Origin: Microgenomates group bacterium GW2011_GWF2_46_18
GTDB taxonomy: Bacteria > Patescibacteriota > Microgenomatia > UBA1400 > UBA12108
Reading direction: 5' to 3'
Assembly: GCA_001002415.1 (NCBI GenBank)
Contig: LCMB01000005.1
Location: forward strand, 13,621-77,620
Length of the DNA stretch: 64,000 bases
Positions 27,299 through 35,026 of this stretch are shown one piece after another. The translations under genes and the position numbers were made by a program. Under the pieces are notes generated by a model. That model made no database searches. It was not told the origin of the DNA and saw only the letters and a list, made by a program, of their open reading frames with translations. Every line of letters starts with the position of its first letter. Positions within the stretch are counted from its first letter, which is position 1.

Positions 27299-27604
27299 AT
27301 GAACAATCAAGCTGTCGATTACCCCAAATTAAATCAGGCTCTCGGTAACAATCTGGGTGACAAAAACTTGGGCGGAATTATTAGCGCCGTTCTCCCCACC
27401 CTCCTTTCTCTCGCCGGCCTCATCCTTTTTGGGATGTTAATCTTTGGTGGTTTTACCATGCTCGCCGGTGCCGCCAACAAAGAATCTCAGGAAAAAGGTA
27501 AAAAAATGGTTACCTCAGCTCTCATCGGCTTCTTTGTCATCTTCCTCGCCTACTGGCTCGCCCAAATTCTCCAGGTCATTTTTAAAATTAATATTGTTGG
27601 GTGA
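27299..27604 (+). CDS. T4SS-type pilin paralog
   Basis: 101 aa: LSLAGLILFGMLIFGGFTMLAGAANKESQEKGKKMVTSALIGFFVIFLAYWLAQIL. Same TM-loop-TM plan as the 34-36.5 kb array. Confidence 0.7.
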   Translation: MNNQAVDYPKLNQALGNNLGDKNLGGIISAVLPTLLSLAGLILFGMLIFGGFTMLAGAANKESQEKGKKMVTSALIGFFVIFLAYWLAQILQVIFKINIVG

Positions 27605-27621
27605 AAAATCTAACCCGAATC

Positions 27622-27741
27622 GGGTGCAGACGTATTTCACAACTGAAAAAGTTTACACAGCGCCGCCCCGTCGGCGCGAGTTAGAGGCGGCTCACCAGCA
27701 GGTGAGAACGCCGTCTTTTTCAAGTGAAATACGTCGAACCC
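27622..27741. repeat. structured intergenic repeat, copy 2
   Basis: Same outer arms as 12014-12128. The inner hairpins differ by compensatory changes (CTCACC/GGTGAG versus CTCCGC/GCGGAG). Lies between the convergent pilin and uppS genes. Confidence 0.8.
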
Positions 27742-27755
27742 AAAAGAAGTATCCC

Positions 27756-28463
27756 TTACTTCCCAAACCGTCTTTGTCTAGTTTGGTATTCCTCAATCGC
27801 CTTCTCTAACTCATTAGGTGTAAACTCCGGAAACAACTTCTCCGTAAAATACAGTTCACTATATGCCGCGCTCCACATCAAAAACCCCGATAGTCTCATT
27901 TCCCCCCCTGTCCGAATAATCAAATCTGGATCCGGCATCCCCGCCGTATCTAAATATTTCTCAAATGTGTCCTTCCTAATTCCTAATTCCTGATTCCTGT
28001 TTTCCTCGCACCATTTATCCACCGCCCTTTTAATCTCGTCGCGCCCCCCATAATTTAGTGCAAATGTTACCGTAATCTTGTCATTCTTCTCCGATTTTTT
28101 CATTGCCTCCTTCATTCCCGCCTGAATATCCGGAGCAAACCGACTCATGTCTCCGATCATTTTGAGTTTTGCTCCCTTTGCGATAAATCTCTCGACTTTG
28201 GTCATCAAGGCCTTGCGGAACAAATTCATTAATCCCACAACCTCTTCTTCCGCCCTGCCCCAATTCTCAGTGCTAAATGCCCACAAAGTCAGGTATTCGA
28301 CTCCCAGCTCACCCGCTCGCTCAATCAGCTGTTCGACAATTTTGTCGACTGCATAGGCGTGCCCGGCAATTATTGACAGCCCTTTCCCCTTCGCCCATCT
28401 CCGATTCCCATCCATCATAATGGCGACGTGACGAGGAATATTTGTTTTATCAATCATATTCAA
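27756..28463 (-). CDS. uppS: isoprenyl transferase (undecaprenyl-diphosphate synthase)
   Basis: HVAIMMDGNRRWA...LTLWAFSTENWGR...RTGGEMRLSGFLMW, the cis-prenyltransferase signature. Confidence 0.9.
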   Translation of the reverse strand: MNMIDKTNIPRHVAIMMDGNRRWAKGKGLSIIAGHAYAVDKIVEQLIERAGELGVEYLTLWAFSTENWGRAEEEVVGLMNLFRKALMTKVERFIAKGAKLKMIGDMSRFAPDIQAGMKEAMKKSEKNDKITVTFALNYGGRDEIKRAVDKWCEENRNQELGIRKDTFEKYLDTAGMPDPDLIIRTGGEMRLSGFLMWSAAYSELYFTEKLFPEFTPNELEKAIEEYQTRQRRFGK

Positions 28464-29440
28464 AATAAATGAGTCTTTAATTCGCTGGGTTTTTCTCCCA
28501 CCTTTGCCGAAATCGTCTTAACCACCAAGCTTAATTTATCCAATCTTTCTTTTACGATACTTTCAAATTCCGGGGTGGTTAGTACATGCACATTAAATCC
28601 GGTATTAATCGTAAAATACGCTTTAATTCCCTCTCTTCTCATTTCCCAAACTGCCAGCATTACCTCAATAGTACCCGGGTACCAAGCTATCATCGGTGGC
28701 TCACTGGTTAGTAAAATACTATGAAATTCCAACGCCTCCCCTTCTACCAACTTCCCCAACTTATCAAAGTCTTTAATCTTGATCGCTTGCCTTACTTGTT
28801 CTAGTTTTGTTTTGATATTCGCCAATCTCTCTTTGTAAAACAGACTTGTCTTGGCCAACGCGTGACCCGAAGTTGAAGAAACCAGTTTTTTCCCTTCATC
28901 TACTACCGCCACGACATCTCTCACTTCCCAATAACCAGCCGGGAATATTGACTCTGAATATGATGTTTCCGATGTCTCTCCGTCCTTCCATTCGACTATC
29001 CCTCCACACACACAGCGGCAAGCCGTCCCCGACCCCTGCCTTGCCAAAATTGATAACTCTCGCTCTGAAAGAGCTAAGCCGATCGCCTTTGTTGCGGCAA
29101 TCGTCAAAGCCGCAAATCCCGATCCCGAACTGGATAATCCTGTCCCCTTGGGAAAAGTATTTTGTGAAACCACTTTGGCAAATACCTGTTTGCCCGCTAA
29201 ATCTCTAATCCGCTGCAGATGTTTAATCACCCGCTCTGTTTCTCCTTCTTCGCTTTCCCCCTGGATAATTACCTCATCTTTGGTCAACTTTAGATCAAAC
29301 TCAACTGTCGTAACCGTATCTAGTCCTGACAGAATCAGTGAAATACTCCCATTCTCCGGTAGTCGGAGAATCTCGTCTTTTTTCCCCCAATATTTAACCA
29401 AAGCAACGTCCGACGATGCTCTAATTGTTGTCTTGTTCAT
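28460..29440 (-). CDS. mvaD: diphosphomevalonate (or phosphomevalonate) decarboxylase
   Basis: SDVALVKYWGKKD...GLSSSGSGFAAL, the GHMP-fold MVD signature. Start chosen at the ATGA overlap with the upstream kinase (29440). Confidence 0.8.
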   Translation of the reverse strand: MNKTTIRASSDVALVKYWGKKDEILRLPENGSISLILSGLDTVTTVEFDLKLTKDEVIIQGESEEGETERVIKHLQRIRDLAGKQVFAKVVSQNTFPKGTGLSSSGSGFAALTIAATKAIGLALSERELSILARQGSGTACRCVCGGIVEWKDGETSETSYSESIFPAGYWEVRDVVAVVDEGKKLVSSTSGHALAKTSLFYKERLANIKTKLEQVRQAIKIKDFDKLGKLVEGEALEFHSILLTSEPPMIAWYPGTIEVMLAVWEMRREGIKAYFTINTGFNVHVLTTPEFESIVKERLDKLSLVVKTISAKVGEKPSELKTHLF

Positions 29441-30405
29441 TTCTCCCATCTTACTCCCTCTGCTCCGGTTTTTACCTGCATCCACACTCCTCCTGCCTGG
29501 TTAATCGCCTCACCCACTTGGGCTCGCCCCTCATCCTTGACCAACGCAATCATACAATCTCCTCCCCCCGCTCCCGACAGCTTTGCTCCCTCTGCTCCGG
29601 ACTTTCTCGCCACTTTAATTAGCAGGTCCAATTCCTTTGAACTCACATTTAAAGTTGATAGTAGTTCTTGATTCCGATCCATCAATTTCCCGAGTTGTAC
29701 AAAATCTTTTGTCGAAAAATATTTTTTTGCTTCATTCACCAAGGAAGCGATATCCCCAAAAACCGATTCTACCCACTTCTCGTTTCGCTTTAGTTCTGCC
29801 ACCTGTCTCACTAACGTTGGGGTATCCGCTTTCACTCCTGTATAGCCTATCACCATCGGCAAATCTCCGGTATAAATTCGCTCAATCACTTTTCCTGGGG
29901 TCACATAATATATTGTCCCCCCATACACCGACGCCGCCACATCAAATCCGCTTCCGACTCCCTGTACATCCAGTACCGCTTGGTATGCCAACTCAAACAT
30001 TTCTTTCTTGGACATTGTTATCTCCCAATATCCACTCAGTGCTTTGCTAAGTGCACTAACTACGGCCGCACTCGACCCAAACCCAAACTGGGTAGAAAAA
30101 TCTGACTCTGTTGAAATCCTGATTCCCTCTTTGATCTGGTATTTTTCGTAAAAACGCTTGACCAACATTTCTACAAACGCCATTGATTTGGGTAGATCAT
30201 CTTTCCCCAAACTTCCAATTTTCTTGTGATACTCGTCTAACCCGACGTTTGGCGAACAAACATGGATTTCCCCTTCTCCATTCGGTTCTACCGACACTCT
30301 CACTCTTTGATCAACCGCTGTCACAATACAGGGAGATCCGTACACTACTGCGTGTTCCCCAAATAACATCAATTTTCCTGGAGCTGATGCAACTATTTTT
30401 CTCAT
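29437..30405 (-). CDS. GHMP kinase, phosphomevalonate-kinase candidate (mevalonate-kinase-like)
   Basis: APGKLMLFGEHAVVYG...GFGSSAAVVSAL...KLSGAGGGDC. Start at MRKIV, abutting the upstream stop. Substrate assignment is inference from operon position. Confidence 0.7.
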   Translation of the reverse strand: MRKIVASAPGKLMLFGEHAVVYGSPCIVTAVDQRVRVSVEPNGEGEIHVCSPNVGLDEYHKKIGSLGKDDLPKSMAFVEMLVKRFYEKYQIKEGIRISTESDFSTQFGFGSSAAVVSALSKALSGYWEITMSKKEMFELAYQAVLDVQGVGSGFDVAASVYGGTIYYVTPGKVIERIYTGDLPMVIGYTGVKADTPTLVRQVAELKRNEKWVESVFGDIASLVNEAKKYFSTKDFVQLGKLMDRNQELLSTLNVSSKELDLLIKVARKSGAEGAKLSGAGGGDCMIALVKDEGRAQVGEAINQAGGVWMQVKTGAEGVRWEK

Positions 30406-31229
30406 GTTGCCCCTATTGTGATTGGCCAATAATCAATCTTCTCATCGCGTAATACAGATCCAATTTTTTCTAAGTTGGGATGGATGACCATCATCATTCC
30501 CGATCCAGTTTTCACTCCCCCTGCTCCCGTTATTTTAACTGCCGCCCCCATCTCTCTCAGTTTATTTGCCAAGGTGATTGCCTTTTTTCCTACAACTCCC
30601 AATTTTTCTAAAAGATAGCCATTTTTATTAATCAATTGTCCAATCTCTTCCCCTTTTGCTAGTTTGTCTCGAATCTCCCTCGCAATCTTCCCAATTTCTC
30701 GAATATTTTTTTCCTTCCCTCTCTGTTGTGCCACCAACTCAACCATCTCCCTGGTGGTTTCACCAGGTTTCCCTGAATTTACGAGCAACAACTTTAATTT
30801 ATTTTTAATTTTGAGTTTTTCTATTGGCTTCCCCTTCACAAAAGTAATTAATCCTCCGTACACCACACTAGCCGAATCGATTCCCGATGGGTTCCCATGT
30901 GCTATTCGCTCACATTCCATTGTGTATTCGAATAGCTCGTCTTCCCCAATTGGCTTCCTAAAATAATTGCGAACTTGTTTGATAATGGCAGCCGCTACCG
31001 CTGCAGATGATCCCAATCCAGATCCAATCGGAATTTCACTTGTTATTTTAACTCCTACCTTATCTTTTCCTCCCGCTAGTTCAACTGCTTTCCGAATAAG
31101 TAAATCCGTTTCCTTTTTCCCCACCACTACTTCTACCTTTACCCCCAAGGAAATCTGTGCAACTAAGGCCATCTCTCCATAAACCACCGCGTGCTCACCA
31201 GCCAAAATCACCTTGCCAAAAGTTTTCAT
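30402..31229 (-). CDS. mvk: mevalonate kinase (short, 275 aa)
   Basis: GKVILAGEHAVVYG...PIGSGLGSSAAVAAA...KITGAGGVKTG, GHMP kinase motifs. Confidence 0.75.
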   Translation of the reverse strand: MKTFGKVILAGEHAVVYGEMALVAQISLGVKVEVVVGKKETDLLIRKAVELAGGKDKVGVKITSEIPIGSGLGSSAAVAAAIIKQVRNYFRKPIGEDELFEYTMECERIAHGNPSGIDSASVVYGGLITFVKGKPIEKLKIKNKLKLLLVNSGKPGETTREMVELVAQQRGKEKNIREIGKIAREIRDKLAKGEEIGQLINKNGYLLEKLGVVGKKAITLANKLREMGAAVKITGAGGVKTGSGMMMVIHPNLEKIGSVLRDEKIDYWPITIGAT

Positions 31230-31351
31230 ACTTCATCTGCGCCCAACTCGCCAGTGGTGTCGTTATCGTTATCTTTACCTTCTTCTGTACTAGGGTAAGG
31301 CCAATTAGGGCCTGGTTCTCCCTCTATTGTCGGACTGCAATTCACTACCAT
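31226..31351 (-). CDS. candidate 41-aa acidic micro-ORF inside the mevalonate operon
   Basis: Own translation: MVVNCSPTIEGEPGPNWPYPSTEEGKDNDNDTTGELGADEV. The ATG lies 1 nt after the idi stop, and the stop overlaps the mvk ATG (ATGA). Below the ORF-track cutoff. Confidence 0.35.
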   Translation of the reverse strand: MVVNCSPTIEGEPGPNWPYPSTEEGKDNDNDTTGELGADEV

Positions 31352-31352
31352 A

Positions 31353-31907
31353 CTATTTCTCCTTCTTGGAATTAATTATTAATCGATTATCTTTGACGAT
31401 CATCCTTAACCATGGTGCATATTCTTCTGGTTTATTTTTCACATCTCTCTGTAGTTCCCCCCACTCCATCCACTTCGCTTCTTCCACCTCTTCTGGATTT
31501 AGCTTCATCCCCCCCAACCACTGCCCCACCACCACCGTATCTAGCTCATTCTCCCCCCAACCTGGATTAGTCCAATCATTTGCCTCATAGCTAAATCGGT
31601 ATAGTGTCCGTAAATCTTCCACTCTCATCTTGATTCCCATCTCTTCTTCTAGCCTCGTTACCGCTCGCATCATGTATTCGTCCCCCGGACGCATATTGGT
31701 ACACATCGTGTTTGCCCATAACCCCTTAAACACCGGTTTTGTTTCCGCTCGCTTCTGTAACAAGAGCTCAGTTTTCCCCTGCTTCTTCCGATAGAGTACT
31801 ACCGATAATGCTCGATGTTTTTGCCCTTTACCTAGGTGGGCCTGATCAATATCCGTCGTCCCCACCTCCCTATCATTTTCATCTACCAACACTACCTGTC
31901 TTTGCAT
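31353..31907 (-). CDS. idi: isopentenyl-diphosphate delta-isomerase, type 1 (Nudix fold)
   Basis: HRALSVVLY...LLLQKRAETKPVFKGLWANTMCTN...NELDTV...APWL, IDI-1 motifs. Confidence 0.85.
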   Translation of the reverse strand: MQRQVVLVDENDREVGTTDIDQAHLGKGQKHRALSVVLYRKKQGKTELLLQKRAETKPVFKGLWANTMCTNMRPGDEYMMRAVTRLEEEMGIKMRVEDLRTLYRFSYEANDWTNPGWGENELDTVVVGQWLGGMKLNPEEVEEAKWMEWGELQRDVKNKPEEYAPWLRMIVKDNRLIINSKKEK

Positions 31908-31936
31908 AACTAATTATGTCGTAATCCCAGCCAAAA

Positions 31937-32517
31937 TCATTCTCTCCCCCACTTGATCCATTTCGCAATTTCTCCTCGGATTTCTGCAACTTGCTGCTCG
32001 GTCGCCGGCACTATTGGCGGTCTAAACGTATATTGATAATTAATTATTCCGCGCTCATCTCTCCCTCCACCTTTTCTTATTACCATTTCAACCTGGTCAC
32101 CAATTTGGGGTAACTCAAGCTCTCCTGTTTGTTGATCTATCTCTAAATCGGTCAGTCTACCGAGTATCCGCAAACCCTCAGGTAGTTCCACAATTGCTAA
32201 TCCGTACGGTGCCAAATCAACAAACCCGCTCGGGGCCTGTTCCCTCCCCACCTGAGTAACCGAGTAAACTTCCCCATCCCCGCCGATATAAAGAATCCGT
32301 AATTTTCTCTCAACAAATCTGGTCTCGCCTCTCTCATCGCCATTTCCCCATTCTCCATCTTCTTCCATTCAATAAAAGGCGGTAATTCCATTCTCTCGCC
32401 GCACCCCCGACAAACTGGCCTCGCCGGGAAATGTGGACGACGACAGTTCGGACACTGTCCCCCCTCCATTCTCAATCTTCGTGGTTTATTTCTCCAAATC
32501 TCTGCACCAACCGTCAT
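31937..32517 (-). pseudogene. DUF35-type Zn-ribbon + OB-fold protein split over two frames (frameshifted or split gene)
   Basis: ORF 32197-32517 carries the zinc ribbon (CPNCRRPHFPARPVCRGCG). ORF 31937-32368, in the -1 frame, carries the OB fold (GDGEVYSVTQV...FVDLAPYGLAIVELPEGLRILGRL). They overlap by 172 nt. Confidence 0.6.
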
Positions 32518-32546
32518 ACTCTCATCAGTCGCAAAAAATCATTTTT

Positions 32547-32870
32547 TCATTCTCCTCGTTTGGCGCGATACACCGTACTTGTTCTACATCCGGCCAGTCG
32601 AGCTATTTGCTCTACCTTTGCCTCCGGATGCTTTTGGTATATTACTCTCGCTCGCTCTCGCTTCAACCCCCCATTCCCCACTCCTCGCTTTTGGGCTGCT
32701 GTAATTACTCCTCTGTTAACCGCCTCATTTATAATTCTCTGTATCGAAGCAAACGAGGCTGGTACTTCCGACTGGGCAATTCTTTCGTAACTTTGGCCAG
32801 CCGCATACTTAATTAAAACCTTAGAAACCAATTCTTTTGGAAAAGTTTTGTAATCGAATCCTTCTATCAC
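32547..32870 (-). CDS. helix-turn-helix DNA-binding protein
   Basis: Two HTH-like segments: AAGQSYERIAQSEVPASFASIQRIINEA and VEQIARLAGCRTSTVYRAKR. Confidence 0.55.
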   Translation of the reverse strand: MIEGFDYKTFPKELVSKVLIKYAAGQSYERIAQSEVPASFASIQRIINEAVNRGVITAAQKRGVGNGGLKRERARVIYQKHPEAKVEQIARLAGCRTSTVYRAKRGE

Positions 32871-32893
32871 ACCTCTCTAGTCGCCAAATCCAG

Positions 32894-33205
32894 CTAAATC
32901 ATCCGCAACCGTCGGAATCGATACACCAAAGCCAAAAGTAACCCCTGCCATAACAGTAATCCGATCAGGGTACTCCCCAAGACCAAGGCTACTAGTTCCC
33001 TCCCCACTGGTCCTAGTGTAAAAAAATATGATCCCACTCTCCCCACGAAAAAAAGTCCCAACAATCCCAAGATAGGCGACGCCGCCACCGGTAATAGAAC
33101 TGGCTTATTTAATACCATCCTTCTTACCGATTGATAGGGGTGAATCGCTAGCCCAGCCAAAGTTGTCACCCACACATAACTCATCCACACGACTAGTGCC
33201 TTCAT
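32894..33205 (-). CDS. three-TM membrane protein, last gene of the sigma operon
   Basis: 103 aa, hydrophobic. 4-nt overlap with the upstream gene. Confidence 0.5.
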   Translation of the reverse strand: MKALVVWMSYVWVTTLAGLAIHPYQSVRRMVLNKPVLLPVAASPILGLLGLFFVGRVGSYFFTLGPVGRELVALVLGSTLIGLLLWQGLLLALVYRFRRLRMI

Positions 33206-33441
33206 GGGAACCCCCCAAACAATCCCAATATGAGTTCTCTTCCCGTAACTCCATCAATCCCCCGCCACAAACCGTAAATTATTACGCTGAGTGGTACTAA
33301 CACCCGCCAGGGGTTTACTACCAGCCAATCCCCCAACCCCTTTGCCCATTGGGGCATCATTTCCGTCTGCAGCAACCGCTTTCCTTCTTGAGCCCTCCCC
33401 TCAAGTTCCCGTAAAAATTCTCTTTCAGTTTTCTTTGGCAT
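33202..33441 (-). CDS. single-pass membrane protein, putative anti-sigma factor
   Basis: 79 aa: a charged N-terminus then the TM WRVLVPLSVIIYGLW. Overlaps the sigma gene by 17 nt. The role is positional inference only. Confidence 0.4.
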   Translation of the reverse strand: MPKKTEREFLRELEGRAQEGKRLLQTEMMPQWAKGLGDWLVVNPWRVLVPLSVIIYGLWRGIDGVTGRELILGLFGGFP

Positions 33442-33961
33442 AGGCTACCGCAAACGCTTTCCGTGCTCGATATAACAACGACTCTGTCGCCTTAAACGGC
33501 AATTTCATTCTCTCAGCAATTTCCCGAACACTCATCCCCATCTCAAATCGCCAAGACAAAATCTCCTGATACTGACTTGATATCGCTCGATATGCTCGCA
33601 AAAATCTTCGCCGCATCTTCTTCTTTTGCCACACCAATTCCGGGGTCTCACTTTTTTCTAACAAATCCTCCCACAGTGGACTTGTCTTCTCAACTGCCGC
33701 TCTAACGTAACGTTTGCGGTAGTAATCCGCCACCTCATGCCTAGCTATCGCCATTAGCCACGTCGATACCTTAGCCTCACCTCGATATAGCGGCAAATTA
33801 TCAAACGCTGACAAAAATACGTCTTGCAATATCTCTTCCGCTGCCTCTTCACTCGGTAGTTTGATCGCCAAATAATTTCGTAGTTTGTCTGCGTACAGTC
33901 GGTAAAATCGGCTCGCCGCCCCCTTCTTCCCCGCCAACACTTCTTCGACCACTTTGTCCAT
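33425..33961 (-). CDS. ECF-type RNA polymerase sigma factor (sigma-70 family group 4)
   Basis: Region 2: LQDVFLSAFDNLPLYRGEAKVSTWLMAIARHEVADYYRK. Region 4: MSVREIAERMKLPFKATESLLYRARKAF. Confidence 0.85.
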   Translation of the reverse strand: MDKVVEEVLAGKKGAASRFYRLYADKLRNYLAIKLPSEEAAEEILQDVFLSAFDNLPLYRGEAKVSTWLMAIARHEVADYYRKRYVRAAVEKTSPLWEDLLEKSETPELVWQKKKMRRRFLRAYRAISSQYQEILSWRFEMGMSVREIAERMKLPFKATESLLYRARKAFAVAYAKEN

Positions 33962-33998
33962 ACTTTATACATTATACAAGGTGCGCTATACTCGTCCC

Positions 33999-34322
33999 AT
34001 GGCATGTACTACTGTTAATGGCCAATTAGATCTTGGTTCTTGTCTCATTTTCCAAGACTCTACCGCCGCTCAAGAATACACTGGCGCCGGCTCCCTCATT
34101 AATACTCTCCTTCCCAATATTTATCTTGCCGCCGGCCTCATTATCTTTTTTATGATCATCATGGGTGGTTTTATGATCATTAGTAGCGCTAGTGATCCTC
34201 ACAAAACCGAAGACGGCAAAAAAATTATCACCTCTGCTATAATGGGTCTTGCGATAGTCATCTGTTCCTACTGGATCATCCAATTGATTCAGGTTGTTAC
34301 CGGACTATCCATTCTAAATTAA
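33999..34322 (+). CDS. T4SS-type pilin paralog P1
   Basis: Start at MACTTVNG. Core: AAGLIIFFMIIMGGFMIISSASDPHKTEDGKKIITSAIMGLAIVICSYWIIQLI. TATACT at 33987-33992 lies 6 nt before the ATG. Confidence 0.7.
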   Translation: MACTTVNGQLDLGSCLIFQDSTAAQEYTGAGSLINTLLPNIYLAAGLIIFFMIIMGGFMIISSASDPHKTEDGKKIITSAIMGLAIVICSYWIIQLIQVVTGLSILN

Positions 34323-34326
34323 CCCT

Positions 34327-34668
34327 ATGAACAACTCGCTTCTTGGCGAACCCATCAACAACCCCCTCACCAACTATGGTAATGTTGACGTTGGTCTCCC
34401 CAAATTTATTAGTAATATTTTGACCATTGTCTTTGTCGGAGCCGGGCTTTATGCCTTTTTTAACCTCATGTTTGCCGGGTTTACCTATATCACCGCCGCC
34501 GGTGATCAGAAGAAAATTGAAGCTGCCGTCTATTCCATCAACATGTCCCTTATTGGTCTCATTGTTATGGTCGCTGCTGCTGCCGTAACCGGCATTGTTT
34601 CATACATTCTTTTTGGGAGTGCCACTGCCATCCTTTCTCCCAAAATTATTGGACCAGGGAGCTTATAA
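34327..34668 (+). CDS. T4SS-type pilin paralog P2
   Basis: FVGAGLYAFFNLMFAGFTYITAAGDQKKIEAAVYSINMSLIGLIVMVAAAAV. Confidence 0.7.
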   Translation: MNNSLLGEPINNPLTNYGNVDVGLPKFISNILTIVFVGAGLYAFFNLMFAGFTYITAAGDQKKIEAAVYSINMSLIGLIVMVAAAAVTGIVSYILFGSATAILSPKIIGPGSL

Positions 34669-34669
34669 T

Positions 34670-35020
34670 ATGACCGATCTTAACTTTGGCCCCATAGTTG
34701 CTCCCGGCGGCTACCAACCCGGGTCTGACCTGGCTAGCTCTACCGGCGCAGTCGAAAGACTCATCAGTAATACTCTGATTGTTCTAACCGCCGTATCAGG
34801 CATTGCTTTTATTCTCTACTTTGTCCTGGGTGGTTTGAGCTGGATCACCGCTGGTGGTGACAAAGGCAAGGTCGATAAAGCCAAAAGCATGATGACCAAT
34901 GGTGCTATTGGCCTCATTATCATTGTTGTTTCCTATGCCATTGTCTGGATTGTCGGCACTGCTCTTGGCGTCGATATCCTCGAACCAGGCAAGCTTATTC
35001 AAGAAACTATTACTTTTTAA
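34670..35020 (+). CDS. T4SS-type pilin paralog P3
   Basis: Start at MTDLNFGP, 1 nt after the P2 stop. Core: FILYFVLGGLSWITAGGDKGKVDKAKSMMTNGAIGLIIIVVSYAIVWIV. Confidence 0.75.
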   Translation: MTDLNFGPIVAPGGYQPGSDLASSTGAVERLISNTLIVLTAVSGIAFILYFVLGGLSWITAGGDKGKVDKAKSMMTNGAIGLIIIVVSYAIVWIVGTALGVDILEPGKLIQETITF

Positions 35021-35026
35021 CCAACT

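Noticed and set aside
32290-32370. Programmed -1 ribosomal frameshift as the explanation for the split DUF35 gene
   Set aside because: No X XXY YYZ slippery heptamer or obvious downstream stimulatory structure was seen in the overlap. An indel or true split is more parsimonious.
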